Program-made: the position numbers and the translations under genes
Notes under the pieces: generated by a model
Databases searched by the model: none
Told to the model about the DNA's origin: nothing
What the model saw: the letters and a program-made list of their open reading frames with translations, nothing else
Part shown: one piece after another, positions 26,119 to 47,345 of the stretch
How positions within the stretch are numbered: position 1 is the first letter of the stretch
Layout of the letters: every line of letters begins with the position of its first letter
NCBI GenBank assembly: GCA_013265495.1
Contig: MU062317.1
Span: 1,920,229-1,984,228 of the forward strand
Direction of reading: 5' to 3'
Source: Vicugna vicugna
Lineage: Eukaryota
Length of the DNA: 64,000 bases

Positions 26119-29100
26119 CAGACTTGTTTAAAAAGCTGAGTTAATTGAGTGACAACTTTATTTGGGTCTCTGTAATTAACACCAAGACGCTGAAGGGCGT
26201 GGGCTAGGGCCTCGGGAACCCAGACGCGCTGACCCCACCCTTGGCCGTGGTGGGCGGGGGTCCTGCTCCCGCAGCCCCCAGTCTCATCCTGTCCAGCCTC
26301 GCTGTCTGTGCTGCCAGCCCTGGGGTTGGACAGGTGTCGTCTCCGAGGGGGCCTGGCTGGGGCTTCGGGGCCAGTCCAGCAGGGAGGAGCCAGAGGCCTG
26401 AGCCCAGGCTGCCCTGTGGGAGCAGCTGGATCCTGGTGGTCGGAGGGCTGTGGAGCTCCCGCCTCCCTCCTCCCCTGCTCCCTCTCCGCTCCTGGGCCTC
26501 CCTCTAGTCTGGGTGGGTTTGGGGCAAGGCTTTGCCAGCAGCCAGAGCAGGTGTTGCAGACGACCCCGACACAGCCCCATGGACCAAGGCCTGAACAACC
26601 ACCCTGGGCACCTGCTGCGGGCAGCCCTGACCCCGACCAGGGTCCCTGGGTGCTGAGAGGAACTAGACATGCCCAGCCCCCCACAGGTTAGACGTGAGTG
26701 GACACCTGGGGCCAGGGCCGGGTGGTGGAGCTGTCCCTGCCCTGCCTGTTAGAAGCAGGCGTACATGGTTGGTTCTCTGGGTGAGTCTCCACTCGAGGCA
26801 CACGTGGGGGTGCCGCCCCTTCCTGCCCAGGTGTCTCGGTGGCTGCTGCTCCCTCTGCCGCGGGGCCTGGTGGCCCACAGTTCTGCCGGGAAGTGCGTGT
26901 GTGCACAGTCGGTGTGCACAGGCAGCAGGGTGGGGCAGGTGCTGGAGTGCTCTCCTGCGGCTGAGGCTCGGCCTGAGCTGCGCGTGGACCCAGTCTGGGC
27001 CCTGTGCTGGGAGCAGAGGCCTCCCTGAAGGGGAGCCCGCCCAGCCCGGCCAGCCAGGAGCCCTGAGCCCGCGGGGTGAGCTCACTGCTAGGCTTAGTCA
27101 CTGCCCACGGGGTCCCAACTGTTTGGCAAAGGCTGTTGATCTCTGAACCCTGACCTGGGCTATGTGGAGCACATCAAAGGGGATGGGGAGCAGGGGACAC
27201 AGAGGCCACAGGACAGGGACCCCAAGACACCTCCCGACCAGGACACTAGGACATTTCTGTGGGCTCAGGCCTCAGGCCCCTCAAAGCTTCCAGTCTTCAG
27301 GGCAGTGGCCTCGGAAACCTGGCTTTTCCTGGCCTGCGTCCCAGGAGCATGGAGGCCAAACCACTCCCCAGGCCTCAGTGCTGGGTGCCCTGCCCGGCTG
27401 GCCTCCCTTCTCTCTCAGGCCCACTTCTGTGTCTTGCCCCGAGGGTCCCACCCCTGGGAGTCTCTGGGCCCCAGGGACCGGGAAGACTGCCAGGTTGGGG
27501 AGAGCAGGTGCGAAGCTGGAGCAGGGAAGGGGTGAGGGGGATGGGGAGGGACAGGGGAGGGTCTGTTGGAGGAGCCAAGAGAAAATAGGTGAGGGTGACG
27601 ACGACATGGGAGGAGGCGGGAACGAGTCCCCTTTCCACCCAGAGAGATTCAGGCCAGAGCTCCAGCTAAGCCTGGAAACTCGAGGATTCAGTGGGGGAAG
27701 AGGTGAGGTGGGGGCAGGGAGGGCGGAGGGCGGGACCCTGCACCCTGCGGACAAGTAGCCCTGCGGGCCAGTGCCCCTCCCACAGGCCCTCCTGCCCTGC
27801 TGGTCCATCCAGGCCTCAAGCGGGGTGCAGGAGCACGGGGGACAGGCACGGCCAGACCTCAGCCCTGGCCTCCTGCGAGCACAGTGAGACCAGCGCAGCC
27901 CCTCTGTCCCCATCCCCAGGACTCTCCTCAGACACTGGCCTGAAGTGGCAAAGGGGCTGCTCCCTAACCCTGCACTTTTGCTTCCGTGACCTTGGCCCCA
28001 GCCCCTGGGGGAGGAGCTTTCAGGTGCCCTCCCTGGCATTGTCCCCACCCCGTGGAGTTCAGAGGCTGAGCCCCACCGACAGAGATTGCAGGTGCCCCTA
28101 CCAGGGTCCTGCCAAGGTTGGGGTGGGCAGAGTCAGCCCAGGACAGGGGTTATGCCAGGGAGGGGGCCTGCTCCTGGTCTGGGGATGGGGTCCAAAGGCT
28201 GAGCTCAGGCCAAGGTGACACGGCCTGAGTGACTTTGGCTGCACACTCCCGTGGCCTTTTTCCCCACCTGCTGGTCAGGACACATCACAGAAGCTCCAGC
28301 GGCTGTCGCTGCCCCCACCTCTAAATGGGACTGGATGAGGGAACTGCAGGTGTGGCCCGCACACTGGGCAGGCACTGGCACCTTGGGGACAGCTGGCAGA
28401 GGTGATGGCCGGGAGACCTGGGATGTTCTCAGTGGAAGAGGTATCACCCACAGGGCCAGGGGCCCAGCTGCCTCTTGAGTGTCCTGGCCGGACCTAGAGC
28501 CTGGGAAGGACACTAAGGAAGACCCTGTGTTGTTCTAGAAACAGGAGGCCTTGGCTCTCAGTGTGGCCAGGGGCCCAGGGATGGCCGAGGTACCTGGTGG
28601 AAGGAAGCTGAGGCCAGCTGGACCTGTCCAGCAAACCCCACCCGGCCCCACCTAATGGTGTGGCTCCCCTCCTCCGGGCACTGACTGGGTCTGAAGGCCC
28701 ACACACTCGGGTCTGCGATGACATGCACACAGAAGCCTGGAGCAGGCGCAGCTCCCAATGACTTGGGCGCCCAGTGGCCTACATAGGCCCCAGGCCTGAA
28801 GCCTCCCCCTCCCCCTGCCCTGACAGTCCACCGGCCCCTCATTGACCACACCTCTGTCTTCCTTGCAGAAGTCTGTTCATCCTAATTGGGAGGGCAAGCA
28901 GAGGGGCTAAAGAGCACCCCAAGATGGTGAGCTTCAAAAGATGGTGATTGTTTAAAAGATAAAGACCCCCGAGCCTTAACGTGCAGGAAGTTGAACGTGG
29001 GTTTGGCAGGGGTTCTCCCTGGTGTACCGAGGGACTGTGGTCAGGAGTCAGGGACCAAGCACCCAGGGAGCGACATAGTGCTGGTCAGTGCTTTCTGACG

Positions 29101-29971
29101 ATACTGGCAGTGGGTCTGGAGGTACAAGGCAGGTCCCCTCCACCCTTCTTCCCACCCGCAAGATCATGACCCAGATCTTGTCCACTGGGCTTTGTGGGCT
29201 CCCAGGCCCACGTCCACACCTCTCTGCTGTCCTCACCTTCCCCTGGGAACTTGGGATCCTCTGGGCTTGCAGGCCTCACCATCCCACCCCACTGGAACCA
29301 TCACTGTCAGACCAAGGCCCAGTCTTAGACTGAACCTGTGAGAGGAGAGCAGGGAGAGGCGGCCATGGGGAGGGGGACAGACAGGGCCTAGGGGTCTGGG
29401 AGGGACCCCTGAAGGCAGCAAAGCAGAACCTGCATTGATGCTTTCCTTTCTGCCCTGAGGAAAATTGCCGTTGAAACATCATCCAAACACTGAAGGAGAG
29501 AGTTGTTGGGAAGGGGACCCAGCACTGATCAGGCCTGGAGGTCAGCAGAGCCCAGCATGTCATGGAGGGAGCTGGGCTGGGCTGGGTGGAGGCCGTGCTG
29601 GAGGTTTTAGGGAGCTGGTTGGGAGGGGTGCCTTCACAAGAACTGCTTCCTACTGGATTTGTGTCTAAACCTGAATCTCGGGTGTACACATTAGCAAATG
29701 ACCACATTTGAAGCTGACCCCAACATTCTGCTTCTTGGAATCCAGTCACAGGAAGAAGTCAGAATTCCAGCAAATGTAGGTAAAATCACACAGATCCACT
29801 TGTGGTATCCCTGAGATCAAAGGTCAGGTGTGGCCTGATGGTGGAATTCTGGGAGAGTGCATAACAATTTTGAAACGATGTCAGGAGAGCCTGGGCACCT
29901 TCCCCTCCTGAACATGCTACCTTCATAGGCAGCAAAGCAAAGTCTCCTGTGAATATCAGGGACAAGAACTG

Positions 29972-30411
29972 TGTGGAAGTTAATAAAAGGAAACCTCAGC
30001 TAAAATGGAGTCAGGAAGGCAGAAGTGGAAGCTCTCACGCATGTACCCCTTGACCTCAGTAGAGATCCCAACAGGAGGAGAGTGCCTTGCATCTGTGGCA
30101 AGAGGCACACTGCTTTAGGACCACCAGCAGGAGGAAGGAAGATTTTCTCCCTGCCTGGCAACAGCTCAGACAACGCGGGATCATCACAATTCAGCCAATG
30201 AAAAGCCACTGTGCTCAGAACTCCCCATTTCCTGCAATGGCCTTTTGTTTTTAACAACGTCTCCTCTACAAAAGAGTTTCCCCTCCTCTGCTTTATTAGA
30301 CTTTCATGTGGTTGCCACAGTTGCATGTTCTGAACTGCAATTCTTTGCTACTGTCAAATAAACCCATTTTGCTGGTAAAGTAACTGGCTATTTTGTTGTT
30401 TTAAGTGAACA
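29972..30411 (+). mobile_element. Probable solo ERV1-type LTR
   Basis: TG...CA ends, AAAATGGAGTC near the 5' end (typical of MER4-group LTRs as I recall), CCAAT at 30195, AATAAA at 30357, terminal GTGAACA. No clear TSD. Confidence 0.6.
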
Positions 30412-31179
30412 TTGCTAACAGGACACAGACAAAGGGGAAGGATACAAACTCTAGAAAGATCACCATGGAGCAAAGGGTTCCTCAGGCAGGGGCTGGAAGC
30501 CCTGGGTGCAGAGGACCCTGACCTCCTTGTCCAGGAGGGGAAGGTACCCAGGATCTCCTGACATCATTTCAAAATTGTTACGCACCCTCCCAGATTAAAT
30601 GTAAGAAAGACTCCGCTATAAAATTTTTGATCGTTTTTATGAATTTGCTGTTGAGATTGTTTGACTATAAGTACATCACTGACCACCAACAACCAGGACC
30701 GCTGGGCAGTCATCAAGCATCTCAGGGTTTTGTGCAAAGTAGGAAAATCTACGCTGTAAAGTCTCCTCAGGTTTATGAAGGCATCCTGAACACTCAATTT
30801 ACGGATGATGAAGACGCCATCATATTACGTCCTGAGGTAAGTACATAAGTAAACATGAATTTCACTTTTGCTGCTTTCATTTCAGACCCAGGCCCCTGAC
30901 CCGCTCCTGGAGTCTTCCCTGTTCTTCCTCCCGCCACGCCCTCTGGAGGATCCCAGGGAAAGCCTTCTGCCTGCAGCTCGCAGCCCCGCCACGGTCGCCC
31001 AGAGGTGGGCATATCATTAACGACTCTGGCCAAGATCTGAAGGACAAACTTCATTAATTTTAAAACAATGTGAAAAAAATTGTTAAACAATGACAAGAAA
31101 AGTAACCTTCAAGAAGACTCCATTAGCCATATCCTCGCTCCTGAAAATTACGTTAAAGAGTAAGCGGAGCGTAGAGCCC

Positions 31180-32600
31180 AGCCGGGCAGATGCTCGGTGG
31201 ACACGGGTGCGACCACGCGCCGGCAGCCTGGCGCCCATGTGGACCTAGGCCACGCCCACGGGCCGAGCTTTCCACGGCTCGACCAATCGGCGCCTCCGTC
31301 GGGGGGCGTGGCCTCGGCATCCTGCGGCGCCTGGAGCTCCTCCGATGCTAGTTACCTCACCAGTACACTCCCTTGGACCTCGTCTAAAGTAGGGGTGGCG
31401 GGGCTGGAACTTCTGCCCCTAGAAACCAAAACTCGAGGACAGCCCCACGCGGGCTTACGGGTCGGCGCCTCTACGGACTGACCGCCCCGCCCGGAGGGTG
31501 CCAAGGGGACGACCGTGGGGGGAGTCACCCAGCGGCGCCACCCCCGACTGGCCACGGTGGTACGGCCCTCAGGGAACGACCGCGGGGGAAATCGCCCAGC
31601 AGCACCCCCCTCCAACTGGGCCGCGGTGGTACGGCTCGGAGGGTGCCAAGGGGGCGAACGAGCGGCGACCGAGAAGCCCAGAGTGAGAGACGTGCCCCGC
31701 GGGACAGCGAGGAGTCGCCGCCGTTTGTCGCGTCACTTCCGGACCATGACTTCCGGGCGTGGCGGCACTTCCGCCCTCTAGCCCCGCCTCTGCTTCCGGC
31801 CCGCCCACCCCGGGCTTGCCCGCACCCCGCTGGTTCCCGGAGCCGCTATCGCCGGGACGTGGGCGGGTCGCCGTGTGGAGGCGGGCCCCGGGTGACCGGC
31901 CTCCAGGGCCGGGCCGGGGCCGGGTCCGCGTCCCTCAGGCTGCCCGGCCGCGCGGCGTCTGGCCCGGGGCTCCTCGGTGGGTGGCCGGTTCGCGCCGGGA
32001 GCGCTGAATAGAGCCAGCGGGGCGGGCTGTCTCCGGGGGTCGCTTTTCGCGTCCGGGCCGAAGCCCGTCGGCCCCCAGCCTCCTCCCACCCATCCCCGGC
32101 TCGCGGACCCCTCTGCCGGCCGGCCACCGCAGGGCCTCGGCTCGCGCTCGGCCCTGTCGTCCGAGGCCGTTCTTCCGGAGGCCCCGCGGCCTCCGGGTAG
32201 GACGGTCCCTTGCTGCCTGTCACGCCCCGGCCCTTTCCTGTGATGTGTCCACCACATGGCGTCCCCGGGCCCCGCCTCGCAGGCCCGACGGCGCGGTCGC
32301 GGGGCGCTCTTCCGCTCGGACCCCAGGCCTCGGGTTGGCGCTGCGCTCCCGCCCTGGGTCCGCCCGGCTCCTGCGGCGGGGCGGGCGGGACACAGGTGGG
32401 GCGGGGGCGGAGGCTGGGGTACCTGGGATGGGCGGGGCCGCGGCGCCTGAGCTGCGGTGCAGGATCAGAGGCCTCGCGGGGTCGCGGGGCGAGGGACACG
32501 GCCTCGGGGGTTGTGCCCCCGAGGTGGGCACGGCTCCGGTTCGGCAGGTGCAGCTGTCCCGGAAAGAACCAGGTAAAGATGCTCCGTGTGCTCCGGTCGC
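31180..32600 (+). promoter_or_regulatory. CpG island promoter of SLC35E2 with clustered ETS/GABP motifs
   Basis: CpG-dense; ACTTCCGG at 31735 and 31749, ACTTCCG at 31767, GCTTCCGG at about 31791; donor-like CAG|GTAAAG at 32572/32573. Confidence 0.85.
31493..31660. repeat. Degenerate tandem repeat, unit about 70 bp, about 2.3 copies
   Basis: GGAGGGTGCCAAGGGG twice, CGGTGGTACGGC twice, ACGACCG(T/C)GGGGG twice, at regular spacing. Confidence 0.7.
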
Positions 32601-32940
32601 CTGCAGATTCATTGCAGTTGGTGTTTTTCTGCCCAGAATTTTATAAAACTGGAAATTATGTAATGGCTGACATCCTGCCAGCCGCTGGTTCTAGCGGATT
32701 GCTATTTTGTAAATTGGGTTGGGAAACTCCCAGGCAGGCCCAGAGCTACCACTTCATGCTAGTCCTCGGGTGACTTTTCTTTGACTGATTTTATGGGGCC
32801 TGTGACCGTCCAGGCAGTTTCCTCTTATGGGCTCAGGCTCTAAAGCCTTTGAAAACCTTGCTCACCCCCCGCTGCTGTCAAAGAAAGAAGTAGCCTCTAT
32901 TTAGAGGCTGATTCTTTGTTCATTGGCTTAAAGTGGTTTC

Positions 32941-32964
32941 GTGTGTGTGTGTGTGTGTGTGTGT
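32941..32964. repeat. (GT)12 microsatellite
   Basis: Read directly from the sequence. Confidence 0.95.
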
Positions 32965-34214
32965 TTAGTCCAATATACTTTAATCACAAATCTTTAAACT
33001 TGCAAGTAACGTTTTAAAGCAGAATGAAACAGTATTAGACACCATGAAAAGAGACATTAGGAGAGAAAATAGGACAGTTTTTACATTAAAGAAATCCATT
33101 TTCAATACAGACAAATTAAAAAATGGAGAGACACCAAATTAGAATGGCCCGAGTCTCTGCGTCCCCGAGCTGAACATGTCCGTAACTTGGCCTGTGTTCC
33201 GAACTGCTTGTACTTTTTAAACCAGAACACGTCGTGCGGAGGCCTTGTCATCCTGCTCTCACTTAGTCTACGGCAAATGTATTTTCTATCAAGACTTGTA
33301 GGGCCACTGTGTATTCTCTTAATTGTGACCCACTGTCCCATTATGTGACAGAGTTTATCACAAATGCCTTTTGGACACTTGGCTAGTGTCAGTTTCTCAG
33401 TCTTAAAAACTGAGCTTTTGAACATCCTTGTATGTACAAGTGTGGGCCTTTGTCAAGTCGTTTCTTTAGGATAAATCCCAGAGGGGGCACTTCTGAATTG
33501 CAGTGTGTGGAACCTGTAGAGTTCCAGTGCATTTTACCTGAAAGTACCGACTGTCTGCACCTCACCAGGCATTTGAGAACATCGTGGGTTGCGAGTTTTA
33601 GAGCAGGGACTCAGCCTCAGGCTGATGGGCCCTGGAATTCAGGAGTCTGCGTGGCTGGATGGGGAGAAGTTGGCATCTTTATTTTCACTGACTTGGCCCC
33701 AAACTTTACTTCAGTGGCAAATAGGCCACGGTGGTTCCGGCAGCCCTCATTTCAGAACCAGGCCCGCTCCCAGCTGGTCCCAAGCCCTTGCTGTGGGGCT
33801 GGTGGCGGCTGGGCTGGGTCAGGCCGTGGCACATGGTGCGGCACCTGCACGTGATAAAGACGTCAGAGGTGTGTCTCATGTAACGTGTCTCTGACCTGGT
33901 TTCCCTTCAGTCCTACACGTGCACCCTCTTCTGAGGACAGCTCTGGGCAGGAGAAAAGTTGGGGGCCAACCCTGGCCTCCTGAGCCACCTGCTCCCTGCT
34001 GGGCAGGAAAGGCTGCTTAGCAGTTCTTGCTGTTTGTGCTGTAATCGGTGAGGGAGGCCATTCAAGCCTTTGTCACCAGTGACCTGGGGGTCACGGGGCT
34101 CCCCCAGGTTCATCCCACCCCGTTTCCATGCAGACTTGGGGGAGGTTGGCTGCTGGCTCTTCAGGTCGATTTTTTGTTGTCAGACCAGGCCTGCTGACCT
34201 TTGGTCTTCTACAG

Positions 34215-34471
34215 GACAGGAACCGCCTCTCCAGAGAGCAACCTGAATTACGGGGGCGAAGGGGACCAGGCGGTGGAAACACAGGAGCTGGAGTCAGGGG
34301 GCAGCTGTGACCCCGGCGGGACTGAGTGCAGAGGACCTGCCCGGCTGGGACTGCCTGACCCCCAGCCCCTCCCGGCCTTCACATGTGACGCCCCACACCA
34401 CCTCTGAGGGTCTTCACCACTCCCGGGGGCGGCCTTCAGCTCAGGATTTCAACCCCAGCTCTTGCCCAGTG
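34215..34471 (+). other. Candidate SLC35E2 5'UTR exon
   Basis: Acceptor TTGGTCTTCTACAG| and strong donor TG|GTAAGT, between the promoter and the first coding exon. No transcript evidence. Confidence 0.4.
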
Positions 34472-35792
34472 GTAAGTGTTGTGTCGTGGGGTCGCCTGTC
34501 ATCGTGTGGAGAGGACCCGGCCGTCACTCAGCTGTGTGCTGCCCTGCACCTCGTTCTCGCTGCTGGCCCACTTCGCATCCTGTGAAAAGCCCAGGATTTC
34601 TGTTCCTTCTCTTGCGGTCGCTGTGGGTGTTTCCCAGCTGTCATGACGAGCAGGCCTGTCTCGATGTCTGTGTGCACGTCTCGTGCAGGACTTCTGGGGG
34701 GAGCTCGAGGTCGGAGCTGCTGGTCTGTGGGGTGTGCAGAGGTTTCCGTGCCAAGATGGAACCAGATGATTTCCCAAATGCTGTCCCGGTCTGTGCCCCA
34801 CCAGCAGTGTCTGAGTTCCTCCAGGTCTGAGTCTGTCCAGCATCTCCGGGTGTTGTCAGACTTGCTGCTCAAAGAGAACTTGTTGTGCCAGCTGCACAAG
34901 GGAGAGATGGAGTCTGACGGAGCTTGTGATCTTGGGGGGGGTCTCACTTGAGAAGTCATAGCCACAGGCCTGATCGCCAGGCAGGTGTGGGTTTGTCTGG
35001 AAAGTTGTTGCTGAGCCGATGACACCCCGGGGAACCTGGCAGAAGCAGCCCCATGCCTCCACTCCAGGAAGGACCCTCGGCTCAGGGTCTGTGCGGGAGC
35101 AGAGTCAGCTAGCCCTCCAGAAATCCTGGACCAGGACTGCAGGACTGCAGTGTTGGGTCCTGGGGGAATGAACTGTCAGAGACTGAGACAGAAGATGGAA
35201 GTAAGGGATTGGAGAGAAACAGGCCAGTTTGCAGTGGTACCAGATAGAGCAGGAAAGACACAGTGATCGGAATTCAAGACCTGATGAAGGACGGAAACCC
35301 CGAGTCTCTGATGGGGCAGGTCAGTCCTCCTGTGGAGGACAACGCAAAATGCTGAATGAGAGATTAAGAGGTCGGATGAGGGGTGGGAGAGCTGAGCATG
35401 TGAAGTGTCACTACGAACCCATGTAGGGAGGGACTCTGGCTGGTCCCAGGTGGACGGGATGGTACACAGCACCTGTGACAGCTTTGGGGATCGGGGGCAC
35501 AGACCCCAGGCCTTGGCTGAGCTGAGCAGCTGTGGGAGGAGAGGGCCCTCGGATACTTTAGAAATAGTTGGTGGGATCTGCAAGAGGCTCAGGTGTGTGG
35601 GAGGGAAAGAGGCAGAGGGGGCTTGGGTCTTAGGAACTTGGTGGCAGAGAAGTCAGAGAAGCCAGCCTACCTGCTCCTTTAGGGCAGCAGACTGACCCAC
35701 GGGCCTGAGGATGAGGCCAAAATTCCGTATTTGTGATTCATAGTTTCATTAAGTGGGTGATTAAAGCTTTGAGGACATTAAGATGCTGCTAG

Positions 35793-43858
<8,066 letters not shown>

Positions 43859-46800
43859 GCTCCAGGCCCCACGTGCCACGGCGCCCCTCCTCTCAGGAGG
43901 CTGCTGTGGGGACCCCAGGCTCCACAGGTCCTGGGCGGGGGGCAGGGGTGTGCAGCCTTCCCTGTCCTTGTCTTGGGTTTTTGGTCAGAACTGGCCTTGG
44001 GGTCCAGATGCCAGCCTTCTAGGGCCGAGACCACCACTGCCACTGAGCCATTGCCACGCTATATGAAACTTTCTCCCACCAGCCTTGGAGGTCCACTGTG
44101 CCAGGACTGAAGGCTGAGACACCCACTACCTGGCCACAGAGGCCATAGCAGCCAGGCAGTGGAGGGGCAGATGGGGTGTGGAAACCGGGGTCCTGCTCCT
44201 GCGCATGGGGATTGGGCCCTTGCCTCCCCACCCTCCCTCCCAAGGGTGAGCTGCCCACAGCAGGACCACTTGGGGAAGGTCGCTCAGGCAAGGGGAGGGT
44301 GCCCTGCCCCTTTCGGGGTCTGTGCTGCACTGAAGCCCCGCCTCCTGAGGTTCCTCCCCGCACCTGTGGCTGGGGTGCAGGCCAGAGACCCCCGTGAGAC
44401 TTCCGGCCTGCGGTGTTTAGCTGGGGGTGGGGAGATGCTGGCATCCCCTTTGTTGGTCTGGACTGTGCAGCAGGTGTTCGGAGGGTTCTGGGGAGCACCT
44501 TTCTCCACTCAGCTGCCAGGAGCCTCGCCTGCGTCCCTTCACCGAGGGTGTGCGGTTTTTCCCGTGAGAGGGGAGCGGGACACGCCGGGGCGCTCACAGG
44601 GCTCGTTAGGCCGCCTCTCAAGTGGCGGCATGGTTTCTGACGAAGGAGACGCAGGCACAGGGAGCACCCAGGTGCATCCCGTGAGTGGGTGGCCACGCTC
44701 CGAACCCCCGGCCCCGCCAGGCGAGCCCCGTGTCGGGCTGAGGCTCCTCGTGTCTTTGCTTGCTTCGGAGCCGGAGCCCCAGGGCTGGCCCGATGCAGCC
44801 TGGCTCGGGGGTCGGGCTGCTGCCTGCTGTCTCGGACCTGCCTTGGGGACAGGGGCAGGTTTGGGGAGACAAGGAGCGTAAGGCACCAGTTGTTCCCTAG
44901 TCCCACCGACTCCCTGCTGCCCAGGCCCTGGCTCCCGTCAGCGGGTCTCTGGTTTTCCAGTTGGCTTCTCAACTGGAAAATATAAAACAGCCCCTCCTGG
45001 AGATTAATCTCTTAGAAACAAAGAGCAATAATTACGTCTCATTAAGTCCTGCCTTCTGTAAGAAGTCTGTCCTGATGATGAATTTAAATGAAGCCTTTTA
45101 AACTACACACCACCTTCTTATGACGCTGACCTGGGCCAGAGGGCCGGCGGGTGTGTGACCACCTGCGGGATGAGCTCAGCCTCGCCATGCAGGTGTGTCT
45201 CATGTGACTTTCCCAGTCTGTTCCCTTTCCTCTCTTCCTGCTTCAAAAAGCAAAACTGAAGAGGATCCTTCAAAGGTGCCTGGGCTGGTGGGCTGGGGCA
45301 CTGACCATGAGGACCAGGGTAAAAGCACCACTTCCACGGGGCTCCTGCCTGCCTGCGCCCTCAGAATGTGTCTGCCACGCCAGCTGCAGCCTGTATGCTG
45401 GGAGCAGGGGGAGAGGTATGCAGTCGCCCGCCGCACGCTCATCCAGGTGGGCTCAGAGGTGCGGCCACCTGTCTGAGCACGTTGAGGGCCCAGCTCTGCA
45501 CCTCCTGTGGACCTGCTTTCACAAGTGGCTTTCAGTCTGTTTTGATTTTCTAAATTTTTAGACCAGAAACAAAGATTTCTCCAAATTATTAGCAAATGAG
45601 GCAATTTCTCATGCAACTGCTTTTGACACTTTTCTCATCCTGGGTGGGAGGGCGACAGAGCAGGGCTGCAGCCACATTCCGTCCACTGTCTCCACCCCTC
45701 AGTCCACGTGGTGGGCATTTCCAGGACGCCCTGCTCCGAGTCAGAACCCGCAGCCCGGCCTGGCCACTCGTGTAAAGACTGTACAGACATGACATGGTTT
45801 TTAAGTAACTTCGTCCCAGTTTTGTGTGTCCTTTTCTTTGAACTGTCCCAGACATGCATGTAGCAGCCAACTAGGTGTGTGTTATGTCAGGTCAGTTCCT
45901 CCTGTGTCCGTGGTCACTGTCGGTGCCTCTGTGAACAAACACTTGAACCAGCCTTCCTGTCTGGTATCTGCTCACTTACATCAATACTTAAGATGTTGAA
46001 ATCTCCGACTTTCAGGGGAATTTCCGCTACTGAGTGCCATAGAAAGCTTTATTTTTTTAAATCCCCATAGTCATAACTTCCTGTGTATCAACATTAGAAT
46101 AATCTGCCTTGGAAAGCTGGGAAGACTTGTGCAATCCAAAATGTGTCTTTAATTTGGGGGGGAGCCGCACGGTGATTCAAACAGTGAAGGAGCGCACAGA
46201 GAAGATGGGCCAGGCGAAGCCATGCTTGCGGCCTGCACTTGAAGTACTTTTCCCCAAACCAGTGGGCTTGCTTCCTGTTGTGGTCCTGTCCTGTGGGTGG
46301 GCACTTACAGCCGGGCCAGTGGGGGGTCACAACCATGCACCATGTCTTCTGTCTGTCCCAGTGAGGTGCTTCCTGAGGCATGAACGTGTTTTCCCTTTTC
46401 CCTGGGTTGAAAGATTAAACAAGGATGTCATTGCAGATAGAAACCCTCTCCTCGCTGCCTTCGAGCCGTTTGTACTGAGGGCTCTGCTCTTTTCCAAAAT
46501 ACATGTGTGTCCTGGTTGGGGCCACTTTGTTTTCTGAGTTTATAACTGACGTCCCAGCTCCCCCGATGCAGCTGCCTGTTTCTCTGTCCCGGCTGAGGAG
46601 CCGAGAGCAGAGTTGTGAGGCTGTGCTGACCGTTGGTGGCTCCTCACCCTGCAGCTCAGAGTATAAAACCTTCACGGTGGCTGTCCCTGAAGTATTTCTC
46701 CCGGTTTTCCTGAGAGCTCTGATTCTGAGTTGGCTGGCTGTTGGATCCATGCCTGGATATCCAGACTGAGCTGGAAGCTGTTCTAATTGGCAGAGTTGTT

Positions 46801-47262
46801 GTCGTCATCTTCGTCGTCGTTTTTCAGGTTTCATTGCAGGGAAACACGTTCAGCTGATGCGCCCTTTCTCGACCGCAGGTGTGTGAGCAGAGTCTGAACC
46901 TGCCGGGGTGGGGGGCACTGCGTTGAGGAGGGCCACAGTCAGGGTGTCTTTCCCACACTGAAAGACTTGAAAATTACGTCAGTAATTGTCTGCATAACTG
47001 GATTATATTTGCTTCATACCACATGAGCCTGTGGAGAACTAAAAATCACATTGTACTAAGTGTAGTGTTCTGCGTTTCACCTATTTCAGTATTTATGTGA
47101 CTAAGCCAATGCTTTCTAGAAGGTGGTTGTTAGCGAGGCACTGTCACTTCTGTGGTGATACACTGATGCTGTGCAGTTAATCCTGTGAACGCCTCCTTGT
47201 TATTTTTGTCTAATAGGCCACCATAGTAGCAACTATCTAAGACTCTTGTTCCACAAAAGTAA

Positions 47263-47268
47263 AATAAA
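47263..47268 (+). terminator. Probable SLC35E2 polyadenylation signal (3'UTR about 3.4 kb)
   Basis: AATAAA followed by TGTGTACTTCTTTGTTTTCTTT, a GU/U-rich downstream element, ahead of the CDK11 promoter. Confidence 0.7.
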
Positions 47269-47345
47269 TGTTAAATGTGTACTTCTTTGTTTTCTTTCTT
47301 GTTTAATTCTTAAGTATCTGCGTTACTAAAATGAACCAATGTGGG

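Noticed and set aside
26200-29900. Possible hidden gene between NADK and SLC35E2
   Set aside because: Many 100-255 aa ORFs without domain similarity, codon bias or consistent splice structure.
31746-31781. Short ORF MTSGRGGTSAL in the SLC35E2 promoter
   Set aside because: It overlaps the ETS motif cluster and is probably at or upstream of the TSS; it cannot be supported as a uORF.
31778-32773. ORFs of 130-217 aa in the SLC35E2 CpG island
   Set aside because: GC-rich artefacts with no homology.
44019-44972. 317-aa and 240-aa ORFs in the SLC35E2 3'UTR
   Set aside because: GC-rich UTR, non-ATG starts, compositionally biased and without recognisable domains.
46662-46668. TATAAAA box
   Set aside because: Isolated motif within the 3'UTR with no CpG island, initiator or downstream exon evidence.
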